From the NCBI GenBank assembly GCA_965112735.1, contig OZ218951.1:5022001-5086000 (forward strand): a stretch of 64,000 bases of DNA. The letters are read 5' to 3'. Under the pieces are notes generated by a model. The model saw nothing but the letters and a program-made list of their open reading frames with translations. It was not told the origin of the DNA and made no database searches. Numbering within the stretch: the first letter of the stretch is position 1; every line of letters starts with the position of its first letter. The translations under genes and the position numbers were made by a program. Shown in pieces: positions 24,940-37,421 of this stretch. This DNA comes from Phaeosaccion multiseriatum. Its lineage: Eukaryota > Protista > Ochrophyta, other classes.

Positions 24940-25754
24940 TCAGATGCCTCTCGCTCTGCGCTCATAGAGACTCATGCTCTTGGTCCTTTGTCGCTTGATG
25001 CCCAGGCAGGACAGTACGCCCATGACGAACATGCATACCTGCAGCGGACAAGAGAAAGACAACAAGCACACAGGGGAGGAGGGAGTGGAGAGAATGAGAA
25101 GAGAGAGAAGAGTGTGAGAGATAGAGAGTGTGGAGAGAGAGAAGATGAGGAATATACGCAATATGAGAGACAATCACTGAACTGAGCCTCGCCTCTTCCA
25201 ATGAATATCACTGGCCCTCCCACTTCCGCCCCCCCCCCCTCCGCCCCTCTCTCACCATAAAGACAGCAACGTCCCGCTTGTCGTCCTCGTGCGTGTGACC
25301 GCACTGTCGCCACTTTATCTCCACCTTCACTCCCCCCCCCGCGGTCGCAGCGCCCAACCCGCCGACCCCGCTCTGTGTTGTCTGTCCCCCCATGGCGTCC
25401 TCCTGTGGTCGTGACGAGTGGTGGTGCTGCTGCTGTGATGAAGTGCCGGGTTTGTGGTTTGACATGGTGAAGTGTCGGCCGGCCTCACACGTCCATTCCT
25501 GCCGCCGACCCGTTACAAGGCAGTAGGGCTCGTCCTTTGGGGGGAGGGGGTTCCGTGGATGAAGAGAGTAGGAAAGAGAGAGAGGGGGAGGGAGAGAGGC
25601 AGAGATAGGCAGAGAGAGAGAGAGGGAGAGGGACAGAGAGCGAGGGAGACAGAGGGAGTGATACGGAGACGTAATGGGAGAACGAGAGCGAGAGAGAGAA
25701 GCAGAGACAGAGAGAGTGTGAAAGATGCAGGGAGAGAGACCGAGAGAATGAAAC

Positions 25755-25789
<35 letters not shown>

Positions 25790-26098
25790 GAGCGTGAGGG
25801 AGACAGCTGGGCAATCACAGAAGAAGAAGAGAAAAAGCCCAACGACTGCAGTGAATCCACGCACCCGTTCACTCTCCTTACACGCCTCGCAGTCTCCGGA
25901 GGCGAAGCAGTCGCCCCACTCGCTCTCTTCGTCCAGCTGCTGCTCTGCCGGGTCACCAACAACGTCCACTTCTTCCTCTCCGGCGTCCCCGCCCCCTCCC
26001 GCATGCCCGCCCAACACCAGGGACATGGTCTGCGGGTCCAGCTCCCCGGCCGGCCTCTCCCTATCGACACCTTTCCCACCGCCCATGGTGTTTCGCAT
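24940..26098 (-). CDS. JTB (jumping translocation breakpoint)-like small Cys-rich membrane protein, >=3 exons
   Basis: Spliced product CFASGDCEACKESER-DEPYCLVTGRRQEWTC...WRQC...VAVFM-VCMFVMGVLSCLGIKRQR shows six Cys followed by a C-terminal TM helix and a basic tail, as in JTB. The start is uncertain. Confidence 0.6.
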
Positions 26099-26314
26099 CT
26101 GCGGACTCGTGACGAAGGCTGCAATTCAAGAAGAATTTTCAAGGCTGTAGCTCAACCTCGTATATGAAGTCGAGGAGGGCTTCTAGGGCTTTGGGGGAGA
26201 GGTTGGAGAGTTGGAGGGAGGCGAGGAGGATTAATGACTTACGCGACCGGATTTTTGGATTTTTCTCATCCTCTTCCTACCCTCCGTTCTCTCCGCACCT
26301 ACTCTCTCCGAACC

Positions 26315-28023
26315 ATGCAGACGGCCTTCAGCACCGAGGTACAGATTGCGACACCTCTGAGAGTGTGAAAGTAGCGATGATGATGGGGTGATAGCGGCGC
26401 CCCTTGTCCCCTCACTCAGACGACGTACTCACTCCCTGTCCATGCATGATCCCCCTTACTCTCGTGCTGTTGCGGTGCGTCTCCGAGAGGCAGGCTACCC
26501 GCCTTCGTCAAGCCATCACCAGCGATCAGAGCATCAAGAAGGTGCAAGCGGCTATGAGAGCCCTAGTCGCTAAGAACGGCGGGAGGAAGGCATGCTTGGA
26601 CGAGGCCCTCGATGAGACAGGGTCTGTTCCCCTGACGGTGGCTGTACAGAAAGGGAGGGGTGACGTCATTGCTCTCTTGCTGCAGGAAGGGGTGTCGCCG
26701 AATGCTCGAGTGCTTCCAAATCACCTGACCGCGTTGCTGGTTGCGTGTCATGAATGTGATGCTGCCGCCGTACAGCAGCTCCTCTCTGCTGGTGCTCATG
26801 TCGATGCACCGGATAGCAATAATCGTACGCCGCTTATGATGGCATCTCTTAAAGGGAGCGTTGTCGTGGTGCACAAGCTGCTGTCCGCCGGTGCCAGCGT
26901 GAACTTGACTGACAGTGCTGGCAGTACGGCGTTGCACTTCGCCTCCGAGATAGGCCATCATGCCGTGGCACAGCAACTTCTGTCAGCAGGCGCGGTGGTG
27001 ACTTGGGCGAATAAAGAGGGGGTTACGGCGCTACATTACGCCTCATATACAGGACATGGGCGGATAGTCCAGCAGCTGCTTGCTGCTGGCGCGGAGGTCG
27101 GCAGAGCCGGTCTGGACGGCGCAACTGCATTATTACTATCGGCACAGAAGGGGAGTCATGCGGTGGTCCAGGAACTGCTATCGGCCGGGGCTGATCCCAA
27201 CAACGTGCATGACAGAAATGTTTCAGGCGCCACCCCCTTGGGGATGGCCACACAAAATGGACACCACAGGGTCACGCAGCTGCTGTTGACCTCCGGAGCA
27301 AATGCGAATTTGCCGAGCCAGGCAGGATGGTTTCCGCTTGGTTTGGCGAGCCAGCAAAATCATGGCCTTATTGTAGAGCAGCTGATAACAGCCGGCGCTG
27401 ACCTTGAGAGCCTTAGCGGCGAGAAGGAGAGAACTCCGTTGAGGGAAGCATCTGTGCAGGGACACCGAAGTGTTGTGCGAAAGCTGCTCAGGGCTGGTGC
27501 AGAGGTGAATGCGATGAAGAGTGACGGAGGATATGGAGCGATAGGAGCCATACACTTGGCAGCTGCAAAGGGCCATGGTGGTGTCGTCGAGGAGCTCATC
27601 TCGGGAGGTGCCGACTTGGAGATGCAGACTGTTGATGGGAACACACCTTTGCTCATGGCTGCTGGGCAGGGCCATAGGGCAGCGGTACGTCAGCTTCTGT
27701 CGGCGGGTGCGGATCCTGAAAAGGAAATTGACTCCTTCACGGCCTTGTTTTTTGCTGCCGTGGACGGCAACAGCGGGGTGGCGCTGGAACTGCTCGCCGG
27801 AGGAGCCTCACTGACAAGGGCTTTGTCTCAGGCGCGAGCTGATAACGATGTAGCAGCGATGGAGTTCCTTCTGGCCACGGACAGGCAGCATTTTGCGTCA
27901 CAGAGCGCGTTGGACCTGATGCGGGGCACTGACCTTCTCTTTAGCAAGGAAGGGAGGCTGAAGGTGTCGCAGAGAGAGGTTAGCCCTGAGGTGCTGCAGG
28001 ACGTGGCGGAGGAGATGGCATGA
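26315..28023 (+). CDS. Ankyrin-repeat protein (~12-13 repeats) with conserved family C-tail; exons 26315-26338 and 26494-28023
   Basis: Repeated G.TALH.A...GH..VV..LL.AGA units. Short first exon MQTAFSTE is spliced to ATRLRQ..., the same structure as the paralogue at 36576-34781. Confidence 0.92.
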
Positions 28024-28384
28024 TGAAAGGGGCACCTCTCGCCTGCAGTGTGGTCAGGGTGTTGGGAAGGTGGGATGGCGATGGGTTGAGGTCGAGGAGG
28101 AGGGCGAAAAGCCCGGAGAGCATCAGTTCCACTGGCAAGTGGGGCGATGTGTCGAACGCATAATTAAAATGGATTATTGGTAAGCTGGGTGCAGTAGAGA
28201 GCACTGGCGGGGCGGTGCTATTTTATACAAGTAAAATTGTTGAACGATAATGGAAATGGGGGGACGAATTTTACGCACGGGATAGTGTCGAGCGTTACAG
28301 AAAATTGGCGGCGGCCGAGTTGCATTAGACCCCCCTCTGACAAAGGCGTGGGCAAGAGACGAGAAGCCAGAAGGATAGTGAAGG

Positions 28385-28719
28385 ATGCAAGGCGATGGAG
28401 GCGTGGAGGAGGAGGAGGAGGAGAAGGAGGAGGAAGGGGGGAACGGAGACCAGACCGGATGGGGGGTGGATGAAGGCGGCCAAGAGCTCCTGGTAGAGCG
28501 TGATTCGGGTCACCCTAAAGAGCATGATGAGCTGGCTCCCAAAAAGGATGAGCATTTAGCAGAGAGGGAGGGGCAGCAACATGCGGGAGGGGTGGACAAT
28601 AGCAAACTTGCGGGAGCTGAGCAGCCGCGACAGGAGCAGCAAGAGGAGCAGGTGCTGCAGGAGCAGCTCCATCTGCGGAATCTCCAGCAGCAACAGCAGC
28701 AGCAGCAGCAACAGCAACG

Positions 28720-28753
<34 letters not shown>

Positions 28754-29199
28754 GAACAACTGCAGCAGCAGCAGCAGCAGCAGCAGATCCTGCTTCGCGA
28801 GCAGCTTCAGATGGAAGCGCAGAGGCAAGCTCAGGCTCAGCACGACGTACACCTGATTGCAATAGCGGGGGGAGAGGTCGTGGACACGCAGCAACAAGAG
28901 GACAATGCAGCCCTGCTGGCCCTACCCCCACCTATGGCCGAGTACCACCAGAACGACCCCTGGGTGCAGCGCTTCGTGTCCAAGCAGGGCGACACATATG
29001 TCTTCGATGTCGAGTGAGTAGCTATGGGAGACTTGTCGGGAGGTTTCGCGGAGCAGCAGAGGCCGCCCACGTTGTTTGACGTTCTAAAGAGGGACACATA
29101 TGGCGGCTGGCTGGCCTGGCACAGCTTCTAGGTGGCTGGTGGGCAATGCGCAATGAGCCTCTCGGGCGAGTGGAGGGGGCAGGGTAGAGTTCACACACA

Positions 29200-29238
<39 letters not shown>

Positions 29239-32200
29239 GAGAGAGAGAGATTCAGTTTTTGGTGCCCCTATGCATCTGGCGCCAAGTTGCGAGGCTCCTT
29301 CGCTTTCCTTGAGAACAAGCGAACGTCCAGACTATGCGGCAGAGCATTCTCTTCTCAAATACCTCTGATGCCCCGCCCCCTCCCTCCCCCCCCCCCTCCC
29401 TCCCTCCCTCCCGCCCTCCTGCCCTCCCTCCCTCGCGCCCTCCCTCCCGCTGCCCAACCCAACCCTACCCCTCCCCATCCCTCCCAAAGAGCAATGGCCG
29501 GTCTGGAGAGCGTCGCTGGAGAGATGTTTATGCATATGGTGCAACAGCACGCTCAGCAAGCCGCCGCTAGAGACGACTTTGGCCTCAGCCTCGCGCCTGT
29601 CGGGCCTGTGGGTACACAGGCCAACCCTCTGATCAGAGGCAAGCAGCACCCGACCTCTCTGCTGGATAGGCCTCTTGCGGGCGAGGACAGTAGAAGGCAC
29701 TATACGGCTTTTCGAAAAACCTTTCTGGACGACGTGAAGTCGGCTTCGGTCCAAGTGGAGGAGGCATATGCTGAGCAGTATGCTTGTAGGGAAGGATATA
29801 GGTGAGAGTGGGAGGGCGGGGGGGTACTTGCAAACAACACACACATACACATTCACACACACGCACACAAACAAACACGCTGTTACTGCTGTATCACCAA
29901 CTCCTGCTGCTGCTGCTGCTGCTGCTGTTGTTGCTGTTCCTGCCAAGGCATTGGCGCAAGCCGGGCAACACGTGGTCACGGCAACCTCGCTTCAAGAGGG
30001 GGGGGCAAGGAGGGCTTGAGCACAACCCCAGCAGGAGGGGCGTGGGGGGCATGAGGGAGACCTTCTACGATACGAACACGGGCAGCAAGTCCTCTCTCGC
30101 CAGGGTGGGTGGGTGGGTGGGTGGGTGGGGGAGTGGGTGAGAGGATGGAGGGTTGGGTGGGTGGGTGGGTGGGTGGGTGGGTGGAGGAGTGGGTGAGAGG
30201 ATGGAGGGTTGGGTGGGTGGGTGGATGGGTGGGTGGGCGGAGGAGTGGGTGGATGGTTGGGTGGGCGGGGGAGTGGGGAGGGATAGTGTGGGTTTGGGGT
30301 CGGGCCGAGTCAAAGTGATCTCACTGCAGCTACTGACAAGCGAGAGAGCCGAAGCCTCCCTTTTGGATCGGACTTCGTAGTGCTTACGGTTCTCCTTAAT
30401 TCTCCCGTACTCCCATCACTCGCTTGCTTGCCTACTCCCTCGCTAACTCTCGCACCCACTCCCTCACTCCGTATTCAGTCAGTCACTCAGTCACTCCCTC
30501 CCTCCCTCCCTCCCTCCCTCCCTCCCTCCCCCCCTCCCTCCCTCCCTCCCTCCCTCCCTCCCTCCCTCCCTCCCTCCCTCCCTCCCTCCCTCCCTCCCTC
30601 CCTCCCTCCCTCCCTCCCTCCCTCCCTCCCTCCCTCCCTCCCTCCCTCCCTCCCTCCCTCCCTCCCTCCCTCCCTCCCTCCCTCCTTAGGCCGTGCGAAC
30701 GTCGCGCATAGGAGAGTCGCTGAGCAGGCGACAGCCCCGCTTCGTTAACAAGCCCACAGAACAGCTCACCCCGGGGCCCACTGCGTACGTCAAGGCCGAC
30801 AGATGGCAGGCACGTGGGGCGGACGAACAATCACACCCTCCTCCAGCACGACTACAGCCACAACCCTCCTGTTCTTTTGCTTTCTCTGACGACACCTTCT
30901 TACTGCCCTTTGTGTCCGCTCATCCGCCTCTTCCCCCCCCTCCGAACCCACTTCGCTTCCCCACCTTTGCTTTGGATGTTCTCGTGGCCCCGTCCTCGAT
31001 CGGAAAAACAACACACACACAAACAAACAAACGAACTACCAAACGAACTAACAAATTAACAAACCAACTGACTAACAGGTGCACCCGGTGTGCGGGGAGA
31101 TACCCAAGTCTTCTATGTTTAGGGAACCCACGCCAAAGCCCCGCCCGCCCCGCTACTGGGTCCCGCCTCCCGAGGACCCGTCTACAGAGCTCCACATTGA
31201 CGCGTTTGGTAGAAACAGGGTCAGCAGCAGCAGAGAGCAGCAGCAGCAGTTGGTAGTACAGCAGCAGCGGCCCCACACTGTGAACAGCATATGGTAAGAG
31301 CGGGGGGAGCCTATGAATGAACTACGTGTGAGGTGTGTTGCTGTCGATCAGTCAGGCCGTCAGTCCTTCCTTCAGTCAGTCCGTCAGTCAGTCAGTCAGT
31401 CAGTCAGTCAGTCAGGCCGTCAGTCAGTCAGTCAGTCAGTCAGTCAGGCCGTCAGTCAGTCAGGCAGTCGGTCAGTCAGTCAGTCAGTCAGGCCGTCAGT
31501 CAGTCGGTCAGTCAGTCAGTCAGTCAGTCAGTCAGTCAGTCAGTCAGTCAGTCAGTCAGTCAGGCAGTCAGTCAGTCAGTCAGTCAGTCAGTCAGTCAGT
31601 CAGTCAGTCAGTCAGTCAGTCAGTCAGTCAGTCAGTCAGTCAGTCAGTCAGTCAGTCAGTCAGTCAGTCAGTCAGTCAGTCAGTCAGTCAGTCAGTCAGT
31701 CAGTCAGTCAGTCCGTCGATGGGTTGGTCGGTGGGTCGGTCGGTCGGTCGATCAGTCACTCATGCGGTTCAGTTGGTCCGTCGCGTAACCCCCCCTCCCT
31801 CTCTGTCTCCCTCGCCCTCCCCTTCTCCAGGCCTATGACCACTCGGAGCATACAAATGGCGCCGTCTGTAGTGAGTCGGCCCTCCTCCTACGCCCCCAAC
31901 CCGGCCGGCCACACCAGCAACCACTTCGGGACAACGAGGCCTTGCCCCAGCCCCAACCCGAGCACCTGCACCGGCCAACAGGGCGATGACGTCACTGAGT
32001 GGCGAGGCGCTCGACGAGGAGTATCGGCTCCACCGGCCCGGCCAGGGACAGAGGGGGGAGGAGAAGGAGGAGGAGAATGGAGACGAGCAGGGGGGGGTGG
32101 GGAGGGTAAAGAGAACAACAACGACCGGAGGGGCTCCTGCTCTTCGCTGCGGCTGTCGACAGGCGTGGCAGGGCACGTCAGTATACGAGGAGGGAAGGGC

Positions 32201-34554
32201 AGAGGGAGTCGAGGAGGGACCCCAAGTCGAGGTAGGAGGCGGCCGCTGACGTCACACAGGGGGGCAGATCGGGGGCGCCCCACGGTTTCTTCGTTCGGCA
32301 AGTCCATGAGAGTGGTAAGTACGCCAGCGGGGATGGCAATGGATGCAATGGGTGGCAATGGATGGCAATGGATGGATGGATCTCCCGCCTCCTCCCTCTT
32401 GCCTCTCCTTTCTCCTCTCTCCTCTCTCCTCTCACGACCCACCCACTCACCCGCCCTCCCGCCCCCCACCCACTGACCCACCCACTCCCCCCACCCACTC
32501 ACCCACTCACTCACCCACCCACTCACCCACCCACTCACCCACTCACTCACCCACTCACTCACCCACTCACCCACTCACTCACCCACTCACTCACTCACCC
32601 ACTCACTCACCCACTCACTCACCCACTCACTCACCCACTCACTCACCCACTCACCCACTCACCCACTCACTCACCCACTCACTCACCCACTCACTCACCC
32701 ACTCACTCACCCACTCACTCACCCACGCATGCACCCCAACCACCACACATGTGTCACCAATAGATGTTCTCTGAGGACGCCCAACGCCGGCAAGAGAGTT
32801 ACGTAAAGCACTACGTAAGGGAGACCGTCGCTGTGGCCCCCTCCGACCAATCCATCGTCTCATTAATGCACGGGTCCACCGTCCCCATTATCCGCTGCCG
32901 CACCTCTGGCGCGGTGGGCATGCCTTCTCATCACTCTGGAGGTGGCCCTGGTGGTGGTGGTGGTCGTGATCGGGGTATACGGTCGCCATGTCACAGCGGC
33001 GCCGCTCCTCCTCTTCCTCTTGCTCCTTCTTCTCCTGCTTCGCCTTCTTCTCCTTCCTCTCCTTCCCCTCCTTCCGCTTCTTGTCCTTCTCCTTCTCCTT
33101 CTCTCATCCGCCTGGGCCAGCAGCCGCAGCACCAGCACCAGCAGCAGCACCACCAGCAGCAGCATCCGTACCAGCATACACATATCCATAGTGCCAATGA
33201 CCCCCCCGAGAGTGGAGGGGGAAGCGGACGCGTAGTATTAGGAGGAGAAGGGGGAAGCAGCGTCTCACCACCATCGGAGTCGCGCTTCAGCGCCGGTGGT
33301 GGGCCTGTTGGTTCTCCGACGAGCGGCGGCGGTGCCAGTGGGTCGGCAGCACCACCCTCCTCCATTCATCACCATTATGAAGGCAGCGTGGGAACAGCAG
33401 CCAGCAGCAACGGGTATGTCTGGACAGAGGGCTTCAACTTTAACACTGGTGGGCTCGAAACGTCACTCTCCGGCGGCGGGCAGGCAGGAGGGGCTGGGGG
33501 TGGAAGCTTGTGGAGCAGCGTTCGTCTGGGGGAAGAGGAGGAGGGGGGAAGGGAGGAGTGGCAGCAGGGTCAGGGTCAGGGTCAGGGTCAGGGTTATCAT
33601 CAATTTCAGCAACCACTAGGTGCTTTTGACTCATCTGCGCGTGTGTGCGTGCGTGTGCTGAGTCCCTCCCCTCCAGAGGGGGCCAGAGGAGACCGTTGGG
33701 GGGGGGGGTCAGGACCTGGAGCAGGAGGAGGAGCAGGAGAAGGAGAAAGAGGGTGGGGAGGAGGAGGAGGAGGAGGAGGAGGAGGAGGAGGAGGAGGAGG
33801 AGGGGTGGGGGGAAACTCTTTATCAGCTCGCGATGGAGACAGAGAGGGCCGGGACAGGGACAGAGACAGAGACAACGCGAGGGGCAGACACAGCAGCGAC
33901 ATGCCGCAGATTATTGAGGCCCGACGCGCACCCACTGCCAAGCGTTTCATGTCAGCCACCGCCGAGCAGAGAGAGAGGGCGGCGCTCGCAGCGAAGAAGG
34001 CGAGAGAGACCGCGGCGGCGGCGATGAGAAGGAGGAGGGGAGAGGGAGAGGAGGCAGCTGCTGCTGCTGCTGCTGGTGGTGGTGGGACTGGGCCATCTTC
34101 TCATCCACACGTGTTGTTCTCCACCTCCCCCGCCTTGGCGACGACGATGGCGAGACCGCAGACGTGCCCGACGATGCTACTCACTCCGACGGCGACGGGG
34201 AGGAAGAGAGGGATGGCAGTAGATGGGAAGAGGGAAAGGGAGGGGGAGGGGGAAGCAGGCGATGGAGGGGGAGGTGAAAGGGGACATGTGGGAGAGGGAG
34301 GAGGAGGAGGAGGAGGAGGAGGAGGAGGAGGAGAAGAAGAAGACGAGGGGTCTTTGTCTCTTTCTCTTCTCACCAGAGGTGCCAAGCAAGGAGGCCCAGG
34401 AGCGTGAGTCACAGTTAGCGAAGGTTCACCACCCTACATGGGACAACATTCGGCCACTCTCAAGACCTTGCGCCATCCGTGGGCCGTTTCGAGTGCTTCC
34501 GGGACCCTCGCTGTCCGAGTACAAGCCAGGCGCGCCGCGGCAAGGTAAAGGACG
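28385..34554 (+). CDS. Hypothetical multi-exon low-complexity protein (Q/G-rich)
   Basis: Frame-compatible exons ~28385-29013, 29489-29801, 29949-30104, 30690-30809, 31079-31292, 31831-32314 and 32764 onward. One TPGPTAY motif resembles the PGP.AY repeats of axonemal proteins. The 3' end is uncertain. Confidence 0.5.
30495..30685. repeat. (CCCT)n microsatellite at intron 3' end
   Basis: Direct reading; it ends immediately before the TTAG acceptor. Confidence 0.95.
31349..31712. repeat. (GTCA)n microsatellite in intron
   Basis: About 360 bp of GTCA units with a few GGCC interruptions. Confidence 0.95.
32470..32725. repeat. (CACT/CACC)n compound microsatellite in intron 3' half
   Basis: Direct reading. 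Confidence 0.9.
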
Positions 34555-34780
34555 CCGAGCACTATCCGTTTTCTTTACTACTACGAAGTATTACATAATT
34601 ATATATATGTACTCTTGGTCAAGAGTCGTCTAGCGATCGAATGCCTGCCCACCTATCCGAAGAGTGTGACAGACGAGTACCCTTTTCTCGTCCTCGTCGC
34701 TCCTCGTCGTGGCCCTCTCGCCCTCAGACACCACCACCACCACTCCTCCTTCCCAACGCCCCTGAGAGGTGCCCCTTCCA

Positions 34781-36576
34781 TCACGCCATCTCCTCCGCCA
34801 CCTCCTGCAGCACCTCAGGGCTAACCTCCCTCTGGGACACCTTCAGCCTCCCTTCCTTGCCAAAGAGACGGTCAGTGCCCCGCATCAAGTCCAATGCACT
34901 CTGTGACGCAAAATGCTGTTTGTCCGCGGCCAGAAGCAGTTTCACACAGGCTGCATCCCTATGTTCTCGCGCCAGAGACAAGGCCGTCGCCATTGATGCC
35001 CCTGCTGCGAGAAGCTGCAGGGCGGTCCCGCTATGCCCACTGAGCGCCGCACGAAACAAGGCCGTCCCTATACAAGCGCCTCCGCCATTGTCAGGCTCAG
35101 CCCCCGCAGACAGGAGTGCACGGACGACTTCCTCAAAGCCGAAGCCCGCAGCCAGCAACAATGCCGTAAAACCCTCAGCAGCCAGTATCTCTATGTTAGC
35201 ACCTGCTGCGATGAGCTCCTCCACGACACGAGCATGACCCCTTCCAGACGCCAGGTGTATAGCTCTATTGCCGAGCCGACTCATGGCATTCACCTCTGCC
35301 CCAGCCCTGAGCAGCTTTCGCACAAGCTTTCGATGCCCTCCGAAGCACCCCACCATGAGCGCTGTTCTCCCCGCCCCACCGCTACGGCTCTCGAGGTCAG
35401 CACCGGCTCTGATGAGTTGCTCCACCACAGAAATGTGACAGTTCTGCGTCGCTAGAACGAGCGGAAAGTGTCCGTCGAGGCTTGCCACATTCACATCTAC
35501 CCCGGAGGTGATGAGCAGCTGCGTGACCCTGTGGTGTCCGTGTTGTGCGGCCATCACTAAGGGCGTACGGCCATCAACATCTCGAACATCCGCGTGGTGA
35601 GGATTCGCGCCGGCCGAAAGCAGCTTCTGCACCACAGCATAATGCCCGTTCTGGGAGGCAAGTGGCAAGGCTGCAACACCTTCGAAATCTGCCTTTTCGA
35701 CCTCCGCGCCGGCAGCGAGGAGCAGCTGGACGATCCTTTCATGTCCTCCAAGTGAGGCTTGATGGAGGGCCGTACGCCCCGTCCTCGTCACCCAGTCCAC
35801 CTCTGCACCCGCCGACAGCAGCTGCTGCGCCACTGCATCAAAGCCGTGGTCTGCCGACAAGATCAATGCCGTAACACCACCCTTCCTGGCCAAGCTCACA
35901 TCGGCACCGTTGGCGAGCAGCTTGTGCACAATCACAACGGATCCGACTGAGGCGGCCCACATCAGAGCCGAATATCCGTCTTTCAGCACAGCATTCACGT
36001 GAGCACCTGCAGAGAGGAGCTGCTGTATGGTCGCAGGGCAGGCAACAGCACATGCAGTCATCAACGGAGTAACACCGGTTACAGGCTCCCGGGCATTGGC
36101 CGACGCCCCCTCCTGCAGCAAAAGAGTGATGATGTCACCCCTCCGTTTCTTGATGGCCGAGTGCAAACCCAGATGATACCCTGCCTCATCGAGAGGCTCG
36201 TCCAAGCACGCCGTGCTCCCTCCGTTCTTAGCGACGAGGGCCTTGACGGCCGCGTGCACCACATGGAGGCTCTGACTACCGGTAATCGTATCGTCGAGGC
36301 GCGTGCCCTGCCACATGCAGCACATAGCATCGCAGAGAGCGAGGGGCAAGAGAGAGAGAGAGAGAGAGAGTGGAAGCACATGCAGTGCATCTGTTGAGTA
36401 GGGTCGAATGCGGTTGGGCTAAGGTAAGGGGGAGGGCGAAAAGAAGGGAGAGGACCAAAACAGAAGGGATGGAAGGAAAGGAGGACTGATTTAATTTCCC
36501 TCCCTTCCCTCACCTCGTCGCTGAAGGCCTCCTCCAAGGGGCTCGAGTCCTTAGAGCAAGGAGAGGATCTGGCCAT
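34781..36576 (-). CDS. Ankyrin-repeat protein (~12-13 repeats) with conserved family C-tail; exons 36576-36514 and 36307-34781
   Basis: Ankyrin consensus repeats. First exon MARSSPCSKDSSPLEEAFSDE is spliced to GTRLDD...; tail DKQHFASQSALDLMRGTDRLFGKEGRLKVSQREVSPEVLQEVAEEMA*. Confidence 0.92.
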
Positions 36577-37421
36577 GATGCAGCAGCGGCAGCAGCAGCG
36601 GCTACTCAACCAGTCAAGATACCAGAGAAGAAGGAATAAAGAGAAGAGAAAATCGTAGTACCACAGCAGTCCCCCTCCTTGTCCCTCTCCCTTGTCGCTA
36701 TCCCTGCTTGCTGTGTATCCTTTGCGCTGGTGAGGTGTATGCGCCTGGCCTGCTGCTAAAGAGAAGACGATGGAGCGGTTGCACAGAAGAAATGCCCGGC
36801 CCGAACTCCCCACGAAGAAGCAAATAAAAAAAAAAAAAAAAATTTTGTTTGTTGTCCCCCTTTTTTCCTTTTTTCTCTTTTTCATTCTATTTTCTCAAGG
36901 TTCACGACTTCTCAGGGGCTTTGTGTTGTGTCTCCTGCTGCTCCTGTTGCCTCTCTCCCTACTCCTTTCGCTGCTCCTTTCAGTCAGTCGCCCAACCCCC
37001 CCCCCCCCCCCCGGACCGTCCCTTCACCGCGAAGACCCTTCCCTCCCATTGCAAGGCGAACTTTTACTTTTATGAAGCCCACACGCTCCAGCCGTGCTCA
37101 GCCTTACATCAAACCCGAGGGGAGGCAGCGAGCGAGCAGAGAGGGACCACTCCGCCCAAGAGCACGGCTCCTGCCTCCCTCCCTCCCTCCCTCCCTCCCT
37201 CCCTCTGTCCCTCTCTCCCTCCCTCCCTCCCTCCCTCCCTCCCTCCCTCCCTTCCTCCCTCCCTCCCTCCCTCCCTCCCTGCGTCCGTCAACCTCCTCCC
37301 TCCCTTCCTAACCCTAGGCTTAACCCCTTGCTCCTTCCCTCCCCACCCCCATAGGCCTACCACCTTGCTCCTTCCCTCCCTACCCCTCTCTATTCCTCCG
37401 TTCCCTCTCTTACACGCCCTC

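Noticed and set aside
31313-32774. Long ORFs with SQSV and THSP repeats
   Set aside because: They are translations of intronic tetranucleotide microsatellites.
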